Positions 38,885-53,163 of a stretch of 64,000 nucleotides of DNA are shown one piece after another. Made by a program: the position numbers and the translations under genes. Source of the DNA: Octopus vulgaris. Taxonomy: Eukaryota. The number at the start of each line of letters is the position of its first letter. The stretch's first letter is position 1. Below the pieces are notes generated by a model. The model was not told where the DNA came from. It was given only the letters and a program-made list of their open reading frames with translations, and made no database searches. The DNA lies in NCBI GenBank assembly GCA_951406725.2, contig OX597819.1, positions 115,816,001-115,880,000 of the forward strand, read 5' to 3'.

Positions 38885-39974
38885 CCCACAGCTGTTTTAA
38901 TTAATTTTTTAAAACTAAACATTTTAAAATTGCGTATACTGGTGGAATGTGTCACACAGAATACAGATTACTTCGAACATTTTTGACAAAATTTGGTATT
39001 TTAAAAGTTATTTCTTGTTAAAGTTGTCGTGTTTGGGTAATTTCAACCAATCAACGACATCTATTCGGTTGAAGAAAGCTACTGCAGTTTGCAATAGTAA
39101 TGAAAGAAGAACAACTTCCGGGTCATCTCTAGTAAATGTCACCGCTCTGTTCTATTGGTATGTGGAACGAAGACGATGCCACCTTTATAGTTTATCCTTT
39201 CAAGTCAGCACTGCGCATTCCTTACTCTTTCCCTCCCTTCTACACTGTCAACTAGCAACCAGCGAGCGAAATTGTCATTGCCACTACAGTTATTATTTCC
39301 AGGTGTATATGTCGCTATTTGTTTTGATTTACCTTCATGTTTTGATAATGTTATTTTTAATCTAATTTTGTTTGTTGTTGATTATAATAAGATGAACTCA
39401 TGGCAATAACAATACATCACGTAGTTGTAAAATAAGGCACTTTGAAACTACATATACGTACATATACGTCAACAACAAAAAACCTAGCTGCAGACTCGTA
39501 GCTCTATAGGTCTTTTAAACACCGGTGCGCTTTATGCGTGGATAAAACACCGATGTCGGGCAAACGAATATATATATGTAAATAATATTTCTACCTTCTT
39601 GGTGTTGATACTTCGATGTTTACTGATTACTCTGACGCGAGACCCCCCCCACCCGCAAAAGCGTGTAATATGCAACACAGGCTGTAAACAATAAACTAAA
39701 TAGAACAGAGTGGTGACATTTAGTAGAGATGACCCGGAGGTTGTTCCTCTTCGATTACTATCGCAAACAGCTGTAGCTTTCTTCAACCGAATATACGTTG
39801 TTGATTGGTTGAAATTATCCAAACACGACAACTTTAACACGAAGTAACTTCTAAAATACCAAATTTTGTCAAAAATGTTCAAAGTAAACCGTGTTCTGTG
39901 TGAGACATTCCGCTAGTATACGAAGTTTGAAACTGTTTAGTTAAAACAAAATTAATAAAAAAATCTGTAAGCCA
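38885..39974. mobile_element. Fold-back / MITE-like element with ~270-bp inverted arms
   Basis: 38885-39156 is the reverse complement of 39698-39974; a solo arm occurs at 56115-56347. Confidence 0.82.
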
Positions 39975-40954
39975 AGGACTTATGTCTAAATATAGCTTCT
40001 TACTTCATCCGGTCCGTATCACGAGTCGGGAAAAGAGCCACGTGTAAGACATTAAAAGAATATAAAAAAAAACGGAAAAAAAGAAAAAGAGAACTACAAA
40101 ACTCGTAAATGTGAAGCGACATTCATCTACGTCTGTCTTTCGTCGAGAAAATAAAAGACAACACTTCAGCGAGAAGAACAGCAACAACACGAACAAGAAC
40201 AATAATGAGAAACAAAATACTTAAAAGAAGCATTATATTTATTTCTACGTTGATATTTAGCACCTTCCTTGGATGGTAGAGTAGCCGATGGTATTGATGG
40301 TCGAGAAAAGACTTCCAGCTTTTGGTTACGACTCGTTAAGGGTTGAGGTCATTTCTCGTTTTGATGAGCTTTGCTTCTTTCCCCGCCCCCAGGGATGTTA
40401 GAAGGAGAGAAAAGCTAAGCACTAGTGAAGTGGATTTATTCGATTTTTATCTCTGCTTTAAATTTAAGACCGTATACTTTTATCAGGTATCAATACTTTG
40501 TATCTATTCGTCCATTTTATTTTTCGGAAGGTAAACACATTTCAAAAGTAAATAGATAAATAATTGAAGAAACAAAAACTTATACAAACAAAACACGAAA
40601 CGTTAAACATAAAAAAAACACAAGAAAAAATAAATAAATAGAAAATAAAAATACATAGTCAAAATTGAAAAAAAAAAACTATATTAAAGAAAATATTTAA
40701 GAAATGATAATATGACGATGACGGCATCAGTAACAGTAACAACAAACATTTATGAAATAAGATGTATTATTGTTTGTATATCGGAAATATTTTTGACATA
40801 GAGCTGAACGTTTTGACAACGTTTGTCTAAGATAAGTCCCTCTTGCAAAGAGGAAGGTAAGTTTTTTTTGTCTCAATCTGCCGCAGACACTAAAAACATT
40901 TGATGACAGCTCAGCTCACACGTAGCATATCATACAAAGATTAATTCAAAACCG

Positions 40955-41316
<362 letters not shown>

Positions 41317-41574
41317 GTCTAATTTTCTGCTATAAAAAAAACAGAAACTGCGTGTGTGTGTACATATAAACACACATATAACTGGTAGCTTCTTACGCAT
41401 ACATATGTATTGTCTGTATAGCTATGCACACTTTTATATGGCGCTTAGACGTACATAATACATGTGTGTAGTTGTGTGCGTATCTGTGCGTGTGCGCGCA
41501 TGTACATATACGGATATACTCATACGCACACGCGCACGCACGCACAATTATTTGTGCAAGTGGTTCGACATCCG

Positions 41575-42470
41575 TCTAGAAATGCAATACTTGAACACAC
41601 TGTCAGTGTTGTAGCCTGCTGTCACTTGGTGTTTCAGGTTTTACAACACACCACACCCTCATTCAGGCAACTGGATGTAGGTTGATGATGCCTAGGTGTG
41701 AATATAAGTGACATTCTATTCTCCCTACCGCACCACCGTTCACCTGGTGTTGTCAGAGCCATCTAGGTGCTTTCTCAAAACTCTCTACGTTGTTCTTGAT
41801 GCCTCCTGTTCTCAATCTTGCATGGCCCAGTACTTCATAGACCACACTCAAGGGAGGAGTGCGTATCCTCGAACGCTCACTCCGTACCGTAAAACACCTG
41901 GTCATGCACCCGTTTCTAAGACAGTCCTCCACTTATTTCTGGTACTCTGCTCTCTTCCTTTCATGCATGTTCTGCATCGTCTTGTAGAGTAGAGTTAATT
42001 TCACTAAGATGATATGTCTCATTGAGAAATGGGATGAAATGAATCTATGTCTGATAGATCAGGCAGGTGTGGTGATTGCATATATTTCCTCCGTTATTTA
42101 TTACCAGTTGACCATCATGCTATGCTTTAATTTTTCTCTGACCAGATTGAAGTGTCCTTTCTTTCTGTTCTTGTGAAAGAGGATGAGTTTTACTGGCTTG
42201 ACGATCCATGTTGAATTACCTAGCTGTGTAAGATTGCATATGGGCTCTGTAACCTGTAGATGCTGATGTTCAGGCAAGCTCTGGACTGTGGTAGCTACAG
42301 ATATTCCTATACTATGATCTATCGTAATTCCATAATTTGCTTTTCATGGAGTTACAGGCGTGGGTCGAGTGAAGGCCAAGATTGACCACCTGGCATCGGG
42401 AAAGTTTACAGGCACGCCAGCACTCTACCAGATTCTCAATGCGGTAGGTGGAAGTTCCAAGTTAGTATTT
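41575..42470 (-). mobile_element. HERO-clade RLE non-LTR retrotransposon 3' remnant
   Basis: Minus strand HERKRAEYQK*VEDCLRNGCMTRCF...FEKAPRWL, like HERO 'AHERKRAKY..ASRWLW'; 3' UTR 'gcctgaatgagggtgt..aaaacctgaaacacc..tgac..caggctacaacactga' resembles HERO 3' UTRs. Confidence 0.72.
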
Positions 42471-43838
42471 TCTACGGGATTAGTGGTGAAGAAACGCGAC
42501 AACATTCTGGAAAATCCACTCTCCTCCGAGCATTTCTGATCGGCGAATATTGTCGCTCTTTTTGAGTGTAGTACGCATCAAGATAACGGTTGGGATCTCC
42601 ATGAAGAGGATTCTGTCGTTTTCTTTTGGCTGGGAAAGGCAGGTGTTTTTCGTGTCTGTTGGCAGTAGTGAAAGTTTTGTGTAGTGGACGAGGCTCGAAG
42701 GATTGCACCAAATTTAACTCGGAAAGAAAGATACTTTCTTTCTTGGTTAAATTTAGTGAGGAAGTTGCTGACAAATAGGCGTGGGTGCCTCTAGGCCTAG
42801 AAATGACGAGAGAAACGTCAACGGAAACGACATACGCTTCGTTGTTAGGGTGATGTAAATTTTGTGGGATTTTCTTGACCTACTCCACATAGAACTCCTT
42901 CATTAGCTCCCATAAATACTAGTTAACTTTATTCACTTCTAAGTAAGCTCTGTCGAGCAGATCAATGCTAAATGACATTTCCTCCATGATCACTCCTTGG
43001 TTTTACATATGTCTATTTTTACCAATAATAATGAAACATTCCTTTTTAAAGGTGGTAGGGGACAATGTGTGGGAGATTCGGCTGCTATTTCTAGCACTTC
43101 TGATCACTATGCGGTGGCTCCCTTATGTAATTGTACATCATATCCCGCGAGTTAACTGAAGCAAGACATATAGCTAAACCTGAAGAATTCTATCCCTTTA
43201 TAAAATGGAAAACACATGTAAATGTTATAAAAATTTTAATTTACAACGCTGTATTTTCAAAATGTATTTGGTAGATTTGTATTAAACATATTTCTCTAAA
43301 TTTCCATTAAATATATTATTTCCTCGAGAGCTATAAAAGCCTTTCAAAGGCAAAAGAAAATAAATATTTATTCATTTTGAAATGATATTAACAATACCGA
43401 ATGTGAGGAAGATAAAAAGTGTCTTATTTAACTCAGAAAATCAAATCTTGTATGCAGCTTTAAAAATAATATGTTGAAAAATCTCATTCTTTCTCTCATC
43501 TCTCTCTTTTCTTTTTATCTCCTGATTCTCTACCATTTTTGTCCGTTTTTTTTATTTTCTTCCTTTCTGGAAAACTACAATCCTATTCTTCTTAAATTCT
43601 TACATTCAAATTGGCTGCCATGTTGATACTGACACTATGCTGTCAGTTTTTGCTAAGTTATTCATAAACTTGCGCGCTTTTCTTTATTCTGTTTTTTATT
43701 ATTTTTTTTTTTTATTTCATGATCTGTTTTTCTTGATCATGACGATGATTGTGATGAGGATAATCGTTATCACCATCACCACCACCACCATCATCATCAT
43801 CCTCATCATCTCCATTTTTTCCTTTGTCTTTAACTTTT

Positions 43839-43839
<1 letters not shown>

Positions 43840-43923
<84 letters not shown>

Positions 43924-44264
43924 TTATCTGTGACTGTTAATCTGTTTTTCTGGGGTCTTTCCTGTTCTTTCGCTTTTCACTCTATGCGTTTGCATATATA
44001 TACATATATATATATATATATGCATGTATGTATAAATATGTATATGAACACACACAAACAACATAATATATATGTGTATATATGATATACATATATATAT
44101 ATATATGTATGTATATATACACACATATATAATATATAATATAAATGTGTATATATGATATACACACATATATAATATATAATATAAATGTGTATATATA
44201 ATATATATATATATATGTATGTGTATATATATGTATACACACACACACACATACACACACACAT

Positions 44265-44315
<51 letters not shown>
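43840..44315. repeat. (CTAT)n, (TA)n and (CA)n cluster
   Basis: Direct reading. Confidence 0.95.
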
Positions 44316-44316
<1 letters not shown>

Positions 44317-44448
44317 GTATTTGTACAATTTCCCTCTATTTCTGCTTCCCCGACTCAGTTTAGCACCCAGTTTTCATGTCATAAACATCAAAATAATCAA
44401 TAGCAGAACAATAGGAGTACTACACCACCGGTAGCAGAAAAATAAAAT

Positions 44449-44479
<31 letters not shown>

Positions 44480-44723
44480 AGCAACAACAGCACACAAGCA
44501 CCACCACCACCACCACCACCACCACCATCACCACCCCAGCCACGGCCGCCGCCATCACCACCAACAACAACTATGTCCTTTGTTTGCTGCTGAATGTCCT
44601 CTGAAGGGACATTCAAAGATAGTATACTGTTTGTGTGGGTGTTTACATGAAAACGGTGAGAGTGAAATACAAGAAGCGGAAGTAGAGAGGAGTGATGGTA
44701 TACAAGTTTTATAGATGGTATAT

Positions 44724-44957
44724 AAGGCGATGAGCTGGCAGAACCGTTAGCACCCCGGGCGAAATGCGTAACCGTATTTCGTCTGCCGTTACGTTCTGAG
44801 TTCAAATTCCTCCGAGGTCGACTTTGCCTTTCATCCTTTCGGGGTCGATAAATTAAGTACCAGTTATACACTGGGGTCGATGTAACCGACTTGATCCATT
44901 TGTCTGTCCTTGTTTGTCCCCTCTATGATTAGCCCTTGTGCGTAGTAAAGAAATAGG
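44724..44957 (+). mobile_element. SINE family C, long-tail monomer with imperfect TSD
   Basis: Full head and core; 'atacaagtt.tatagatg' on both sides. Confidence 0.9.
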
Positions 44958-45089
44958 CATACAAGTTGTATAGATGTATAGATGGTATACACGTTGCTGA
45001 ACATCTATATAATGAAGTCTTCATATTAGAGAGCCTTCATTTAGGGTCAAGCAAGAAACCCGAAGATCCAAGTTCAACGTAACCACAAA

Positions 45090-46190
45090 CAGCACGAGCC
45101 CTATCATGTACGTGGAGGTATTTATCCAATCCCCAGGTACATGCTTAGAGTAGCTTCATTTACCTAAACTATTTTCGCAGCAGTCATTTCTCTTTTGAGA
45201 AATTTGCTTGATGAGAATACTTCATTTTCGACCCTCCATTTCCTTTCCAAGGCTAAGTTGAAAATGTAGATTTGGGCTTGCCTGATGAGAAAGTTGCCTG
45301 CTATCAATCCTTTCAGCCGGTTTACCATACAACCTCTTCAGCCATAGATCCAGACATAAGGACATTGCCTAACCAGCTTTGTTAAGGAAGGGTGGAGAGG
45401 CGATTTTCGCGATGAACTCGGCTGATTGGCAGATCTGTCCAACATTTGACATAAGCTATTCGACGTAACTTCAGCAAGCAGTGTTTAGACATTGCACAAT
45501 TACATGCTGTTTGGTTTCGTCGCTTTGCTCGCATCTCGCACAGTCCCGCTTTGCAGTACTTCTGGTGCCTGTAAAGTGTTTATCCTTAACCGGCAGTTCT
45601 CTCTCCGAAGCACTACTGAGTAAACTTTACCTCAAAAACTGCACCGCTCTTACTCACCTCTAGATCTTTACATATTATTAAAGTTAATCTTCCATCAGCT
45701 AAATTTTCCGCTTTGTAGAGAGTGCAGGGCATCACTCCATGAGTCAGGCAACTAATCTTGGTCATTATTCACCCAGAATGACATGCAGAAAAGCGTGCCT
45801 TACAAGAGGATACCTGTCGATGTCCTGAAACATCTACAATTTGTACTGCCTTAGCGTGTCTATGCATCAGCAGCCATGACATAGCAAGTTCATCTTCTAG
45901 CTTGATGGACAATGTGAACACGAAAACTAAGAGAAGAGCAGACGCTCTAAACTGGTCAGAGAGGTTTAGGACAAGACATGGCTATCAGGCAGTAAGTTAT
46001 GGACGGAGGCAGTGCAAGGATTAAACACTGCTTAACCTGTCAGAGACAGCTTCCACATTTCCGAGTGAAGCTGGTAACCTGTTCCTCCCAATTTCTGCAC
46101 ATCTGAAAATCTGGGCTGAATCAGACCTTGTGCAATTGAATGGCGGCATTGATTGTCTCATTAAGCTGTAACTGAGGGAGAAAATGTATT
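45090..46190 (-). mobile_element. Tx1/L1-clade LINE ORF2 C-terminal remnant, decayed
   Basis: Minus strand LAMSWLLMHRHA (GGLGMP-type motif), RCEQSDETKQHVIVQC (zinc knuckle), LERKWRVE. Confidence 0.65.
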
Positions 46191-46194
46191 GATT

Positions 46195-46715
46195 CTATGG
46201 GACTTTGTAGTGCATACAGACAGAATCATCAAAGCTGGATAAACCGGATATTGTTGCAAAAGACCAGAATAACGAAGTCTGTTCAGAAATCGACATGAAT
46301 ATTGTGTTCATAATATCTCGGCAAAAGAATTTGGCAAGCTCAGAAAATATAAAGAGTTTCTCATTGAAATCGAAAAAAATATGGCATCTAAAGGCGGTTA
46401 CAATATGGGTGATTGTAGGAGCACTAGGAATGATCAAAAAAGGAATTGAAAATTATACGAAAATTATACCTGGCTTACTATCTGTGCAAGAAACACGAAA
46501 GATTGCCTTAGGTTGTACGTCACACGTATTGAGAAGAGCACTGTCCCTCCGACAACAATTACCATATAGGTAAATAACATTTTTCCACATTACTACATTT
46601 GATTTTGTGAAATCTGGTGTGTGTATTTTAATGACCTATCAATGTATACAGTGAGTTTCTATGCTCTAGGTGTCAGGAAGACACGGAGAGTAGGAGACAA
46701 ATCAATAACATCGAT
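46195..46715 (+). mobile_element. R4/Dong-like LINE RLE domain and 3' end
   Basis: WDFVVHTDRIIKLDKPDIVAKD...KIWHLKAVTIWVIVGALGMIKKG..KIALGCTSHVLRRALS: PD-(D/E)xK-type RLE region. Confidence 0.82.
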
Positions 46716-46786
46716 GCCAGTTCCGCATTGACAACTAATTTGATCGATGATGATGAAGATGATGGCAATGATGATGATGATTATGA

Positions 46787-46979
46787 TGGTTTCAAACTTT
46801 TGGCACAGGATTAACAATTTTTTGAGGGGAATGGATATTCAATTACATCAACCCCAGTAGAGAGTTGCTACTCATTTTATCGACGCCAAAGGGATGATCT
46901 CCAGGGAATTTGGACTTAGGAATTTGAACCAAATGACGCTAAGCACTTTGTCTGGCGTACTGATTCTGATAGCTCACCA
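46787..46979 (-). mobile_element. SINE family C, diverged, target of a family B insertion
   Basis: Reverse-complement core; its 5' end is split by the TSD-flanked SINE B. Confidence 0.65.
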
Positions 46980-47366
46980 TTGTGGAGGCGCAATGGCCCA
47001 GTGGTTAGGGTAGCGGACTCGCGGTCGTAGGATCGCAGTTTCGATTCCCAGACCGGGCATTGTGAGTGTTTATTGAGCGAAAACACCTAAAGCTCCACGA
47101 GGCTCCGGCAGGGATGGTGGTGATCCCTGCTGTACTCTTTCACCACAACTTTCTCTCACTCTTACTTCCTGTTTCTGTTGTACCTGTATTTCAAAGGGCC
47201 GGCCTTGTCACTCTCTGTGTCACGCTGAATATCCCCGAGAACTGCGTTAAGGGTACACGTGTCTGTGGAGTGCTCAGCCACTTACACGTTAATTTCACGA
47301 GCAGGCTGTTCCGTTGATTCGGATCAACCGGAACCCTCGTCGTCGTAACCGACGGAGTGCTTCCCA
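46980..47366 (+). mobile_element. SINE family B, tail type 3, 13-bp TSD
   Basis: TSD TGATAGCTCACCA at 46967-46979 and 47367-47379. Confidence 0.93.
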
Positions 47367-47396
47367 TGATAGCTCACCACCTTAATGATAATAATA

Positions 47397-47900
47397 GGCA
47401 GAGGCTCTCATGGCTTCTGATCTTAACTGATTGGAAGTGTTACCATGTACCATGCCTTGGTCTAAAAGACGAACTACAGCAAATATTGTGCTCAATACAA
47501 CAGATCTGCTTGTCTGTTGCTTGACCTTAACCATTTAAGTATGTCCCTTAAGTGCATCTCTGATCGAGAGCAGAAGTAATGGGTGGGGGCGTCATAGCCA
47601 TGTTTTGAGAGGAATTTTTGAGTTTTGAATAATTCACGGCTGGAAATATAGGTGTCTCCTGTATCATCTTTAAACAAATATAATTTAGGAATCTTTTGAG
47701 TAGGATGGGCTACTCGACCAGAATAAAATTCTAAGTGGCCCCCCCCAGGTGCAAGGTCATGCGCTGCTTATATTAATATGAGATCACCATGTCACGCATA
47801 TATGGTTATAATGTATGTACATGGGGTACCGTTATCAGACGGGTATATTGGGCTTCGTATATTTGTACCCCAATGTCACTTCGATGGCATGCGTTTCTTG
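47397..47900 (+). mobile_element. Family D repeat, diverged
   Basis: Homologous to 25158-25682; short (AAT)n on both sides. Confidence 0.85.
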
Positions 47901-48727
47901 TAATAATAATAATCAATGAAGTTACCGACATTTAGAAAGAATGATAATCAATGTGTCATGTTAAAAATATGTTTGAAAACTAGAATAGTTTACAACGAGC
48001 AAGAATTGTCAGAAAAAATATATAATTATTCCTTTTAATCCAAAAATATTTTAAAAAATCGAATTTTGAAAGAGAACTTCATTCAGTTGGCGAGCAGTAT
48101 TGATTTTGAATATCTTATTTTAGAAGGAATTTTCTGTGAATAATACCGCAATATAGGGATACACACAATGGTTATATAATAGAATAATGGACACAAATGA
48201 GTGCGTGTTGCCTTGTTTTGAATCATATTTCAGTGCATACATACACACAGAGAAACACACACACATACACACAGAGAAACACACATACACACACACACAC
48301 ACAAAGAAACACACACACATACACATACACACAAGCACACACACGCAAACACATACACACACACGTATATGTACATGTATATCTATATATTTACATGTAT
48401 ATATATATATGTAGAAAGAAACAGAGAGAGAGACTATTTACACTTACATCGATGTAAACATAAACATATACATAGCTATCTATTTCTTTATCAATCTCTT
48501 TGTCTTTCTGCTTGCCTGCCCGTCACTGTCTGTCTGTCTGTCTGCTTGTCTCTCTCTGTATCTATCTATCTATATTTGTACCTATGTATATACGCACACA
48601 GACATACATATATATGCGCATACGTATAGGTCAGAAAAAAATCACGTAGGTGTCTGAAATATTAAGGAATTTTTAATTACTCTTTGTAATTTATGAGATT
48701 TGTTTTTCATACCTAGCGTACATTTGC

Positions 48728-48767
<40 letters not shown>

Positions 48768-48789
48768 ATAAACACACACACATACACGC

Positions 48790-48820
<31 letters not shown>

Positions 48821-48842
48821 CAAACGTTGCAAAGCGTTAAGA

Positions 48843-49454
48843 TTGGAGTCCCTAGAGCAGTGGAAGAATGTTAGTTTCTCGGCCGAGTATATGTGTGGAG
48901 ACAGCTAAAAGAATCCTTTGATCCAGACTTCCTTTCTTCCAACTGTTAAACATGGAGGAGGATATGTGATGATCTGGGGGTCTATATCTTAGAAATGCGC
49001 CGGCCCAATGGTTTCCCTTCATGGCAGAATTAATAATCAAGACTATTTAAGCCTTTTATCTGATCAAATTCATCCTATGTTTGCGGAACTGTTTCCGGGG
49101 AAACGCAATCTTCCAGGATGATAATGCACAAATTTACACAGTTAAAGTTGTTACTGAATAGCACGTGTAACATTCTAGTGAAGTTGAACATCTTATCTGA
49201 CCACAACTGTCCCTGGATCTCAATATTATTGAACATTTAGGGTGTATTTTAGAAAAACAAGTAAGAAATCGATATTCTCCATTATCATCACTACAAGAAC
49301 TGGGGACTGTTTTAGCTGAAAAAATTCAAACTTTGTACGAATCCATACCTGGTAGAATTCAAGCTGTAATTACTGCCAAAGGCGGTCCTACCCCATATTA
49401 GAATAATTTTGTTTGACATTTTAAGGTGTTTCTATTATTTTGTCCAACCCCTGT
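48843..49454 (+). mobile_element. Tc1 (DD34E) transposase C-terminal remnant with right TIR
   Basis: VKHGGGYVMIWG..IFQDDNA..PQLSLDLNIIEHL..SIPGRIQAVITAKGGPTPY*; end 'ttttgtccaacccctg|ta'. Confidence 0.88.
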
Positions 49455-49469
49455 ACATTTAAGTTGATA

Positions 49470-49980
49470 GTTTTTTTCGAAAGATGTAGGCAGAACATGT
49501 CAGCACAATCTATTGGATTTCTGTGAGACATGGTTCTCTTGGGATCTTATCTAGATGTTTCTGACATCCCTTTCTTATCATACCTAAGGCTTCCGCAATA
49601 GCAAGAACAGTTATCGCTTCAAGATGCCACATATTTTGTACTTCAATTTCCAGGTCCTTATATTTACTTAGTTTGTCAAATTTCTTTACAGATATATTTT
49701 TATCAGTGGGAAGACTTACATCTATTATTCTACAAGAATTTTCTTCTCCGTCTTTAATGACTATGTCTGGTCGAATAGCCAGAATTGTTCTGTCGGTGTT
49801 GACCAGAGGATAGTGACATTTTTACCTTCAACGGCTGGTCAGGATGATGTCAGTAAGCAGGAATGCTGATTTTGTAGTGTTTACATATTTTCCAGTGTAA
49901 ACACTGACCTACTCTATTGTGGAGATTTTTGCATTCATTTGATGTCAGCACAGGACATCATGAGACGAGATGGTCTAATG
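49470..49980 (-). mobile_element. R4/Dong-like LINE RLE remnant
   Basis: Minus strand LHWKICKHYKI..TDRTILAIRPDIVIKD..DKNISVKKFDKLSKYKDLEIEVQ. Confidence 0.82.
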
Positions 49981-50076
49981 TTTTATCAAGTTTTTCGCAG
50001 AATCTGCAATTAAGGCAAAACCGTTTTGAAGAACGTTAGGCTGGTAGTTTTTGGTAAGTACAATCTGAACTACTAC

Positions 50077-50391
50077 TTCTTTTTCTTCTTCTTCTTCTTC
50101 TTCTTCTTCTTCTTCTTCTTCTTCTTCTTCTTCTTCTTCTTCTTCTTCTTCTTCTTCTTCTCCTCCTCCTCCTCCCCCTTCTTCTTCTTCTTCTTCTTCT
50201 TCTTCTTCTTCTTCTTCTTCTTCTTCTTCTTCTTCTTCTTCTTCTTCTTCTTCTTCTTCTTCTTCTTCTTCTTCTATTTTAAAAAGATTCATGTAACTCT
50301 TCACAGATGAACTCGGCAAAGAAGGTTTACTGTCGAAATATCGTTCAACCAATAAAATATCTATTACAATCGAATCGCGCTCTTCGTCTTG

Positions 50392-50467
<76 letters not shown>

Positions 50468-50489
50468 TTATCACTTATTATTATTATTA

Positions 50490-50530
<41 letters not shown>
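50077..50530. repeat. (TTC)n, (ACT)n and (ATT)n tracts
   Basis: Direct reading. Confidence 0.95.
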
Positions 50531-50531
<1 letters not shown>

Positions 50532-50806
50532 GTCTGGCTTTTGTTTTGTATTGTACGTCTCACCTCAAGAGACAACAAGTTAGAAGTCAAAACATAAGAA
50601 AATTAGAAGTTTGTTTTTTAAAGCAAATTTCAAATTCTCTTGTTTTGACAGGCATTCTCTAAGAACAATACTCTATGGAAAACCATAATTATTGCCCCCT
50701 AGTCATAATACCAACTTGAACCACTAACTTTCTGTACCTTGAGGTTTCTGGGTGAGACTTTGAGTCAACTTGTACAGATACAAAGGAAAAAACAAACAAA
50801 CATATC

Positions 50807-50915
<109 letters not shown>

Positions 50916-51219
50916 TAATAATAATAATAATAATGATGATGATGATGATGATGATGATAAAAATGGAACTGCTCGAATAGTCCAGATGATTTATGCTATG
51001 TCTCGTTTTATATTGTCTTTATATGTTGTATTCGTCGATAAGCTTTTTGTGTGTAGCCTTTTATAGGTAATAAAAAATTAACTCCAGATGGTGCTCGAAA
51101 AATAAGGGAAGTTACCTTAGTTCACTAGTAGTGAGCAGCTGACACCGTAGCTGTGCAAAGGCAATATAACAACAACAACACCACCACCACCAACAACAAC
51201 AATAATAATAATAATAATT

Positions 51220-51345
51220 AGACTACTGGAAAACGTTTGATAGTATCTCACATAATTGGATACTCAAGGCCGTTGAAATATATAAGATCTCTCCTGTCAT
51301 CTCCAAATTCTTACAAGTTAGTATGGCCAAATGGAACACACATCT
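51220..51345 (+). mobile_element. R4/Dong-like reverse transcriptase fragment after an (AAT)n run
   Basis: DYWKTFDSISHNWILKAVEIYKISPVISKFLQVSMAKWNT matches the DxxKAFDSVxH RT motif of RLE LINEs. Confidence 0.7.
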
Positions 51346-52734
51346 TCTAAACCATAGTAACGGGATGAGGCTGCGAAATAATGTCCTGGTTTCGATCTCT
51401 CTCAGTAGTTAGGGAGGAGAAGCACATCCCATCAGCTTTTGGTACTGTAGAAAGATTATTGGATGAGTAAGGGAATATGTATGTTATACCAGGAGCGAAA
51501 TTTATCGCACGCTACAACACGATTGTAACAACGCTTCTTATATTTGAGCTTGCGTTCCAGTGCTAGTCTGTGGAATATCCAGTCACTTAGATAATCATTC
51601 AACGTGTAGGCACTTCTGTTGGTTGAACAACTAGAATTCTAACTTTCGAAATCGACACGAGATCTGTTTACGATGAAATATTCATCGCAAGAAATTGTTT
51701 GCTGTTCATATACTACTGATAATTGTTTTTTCAAATAATATTTTGTTATGAAACTATTAACAACTATTAACAGACAAGACAGAGATATATGATTCACCGG
51801 CAAATGTATAGCAGTTGGGAACTAATGTCTTGTACAATCTCCGCTATACGATTTTATTCTTACCGAAAATAATACCATTAACATAGCTTGCAAAACGAGT
51901 AGTGTTGAAAGCCATTTAAAATTTTGACTGGTTGCGAGTCATATCTTCAATTCTATGTTCTTATCGACACTAAACTGGCTTCTTTTATTTCTTTTCCTAT
52001 TTCCATCCAAAATTATGTATTCAAGCCAAACATCATCATTCTAAAATTTGAAAAATAAAATGATATGAGAAAGAAAAATTATCAGTAACATAAAATAGCA
52101 TGGATATTACCAATCATCTGTACTGACTGAGACAGCTCGTGTGTATATTGGCCATGTTTCCAACTTTATTGAGAAATATGCGACAAACTTTGTAAACAGA
52201 TACTATTGTAGTAGGCGAAATTAATCTTAATTTTAATTTTAGATTGAGCAGCGTTTTTTTACATCCTGTTGTGAAATACTCTCCGTTCTTAAATAGGACA
52301 CCTCAATAAATTAATCTATGTATAGTGTATTGGGAATTACATTACTCAGAGATAACAGTTCTCTTGATTCTGAAGAGTATCCGCACAGGGGATTAAAAAT
52401 AACAAGAAATGTTGATAGAGTGATATAAAGCACCATCAGCTAGCTAAACAACAGAACACATTTATTCTCTATAATGTATCAAGGGAAATTCAACAAGCAA
52501 TGTTAGTTCCTTGTAAAGATAATTTTTCTTTGCTTAATCGAAAATAAAATAAAATGAAATAAGAGAAAGAAAGACTGTTCTGTCGGCTGAATAAAAAGGC
52601 TTAGAATTTCTTCTGACAAATCGTTACGACGTAATTGCAACTAGTAAACGAGAAAAAACGAGATTCAGTAAAAATAGCTTGTCAGTTTGATTCCTTGACT
52701 GTCTTACATTGGTCAAAGACAATGAGAAGAATCA

Positions 52735-52936
52735 CACACACATACACAGACATACGCATACTCACACACACACACACACGCACACACGCAAACACGCACA
52801 CACACGCATGCACACATGCTCACACGCAGAAAATCACTACTGCAGATAAAACAAGGAAGCAAATATTTGAAGAACAGAATAAATGCATATATACAAAACA
52901 CATATTTATATACACATATACATATACATACATACA

Positions 52937-52996
<60 letters not shown>

Positions 52997-53027
52997 TATA
53001 TATATACATATATAAATATATATATAT

Positions 53028-53060
<33 letters not shown>

Positions 53061-53066
53061 CATACA

Positions 53067-53112
<46 letters not shown>

Positions 53113-53125
53113 AATATACATACAT

Positions 53126-53163
<38 letters not shown>
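52735..53163. repeat. (CA)n/(TA)n compound tract
   Basis: Direct reading. Confidence 0.95.

Noticed and set aside
40261-40856. Plus-strand exon-like segments (40261-40400 open frame; 40802-40856 with AAG|GTAAGT)
   Set aside because: No recognisable product; signals of this strength can occur by chance in AT-rich DNA.
42472-42774. 100-aa non-repetitive ORF (MSATSSLN..)
   Set aside because: No recognisable domain or splice context; it abuts the HERO remnant on the same strand and is probably decayed element sequence.
46981-47060. tRNA genes at SINE heads (also 412, 5079, 12062, 15702)
   Set aside because: A/B boxes are present but there is no proper acceptor stem, and each continues into a SINE body.
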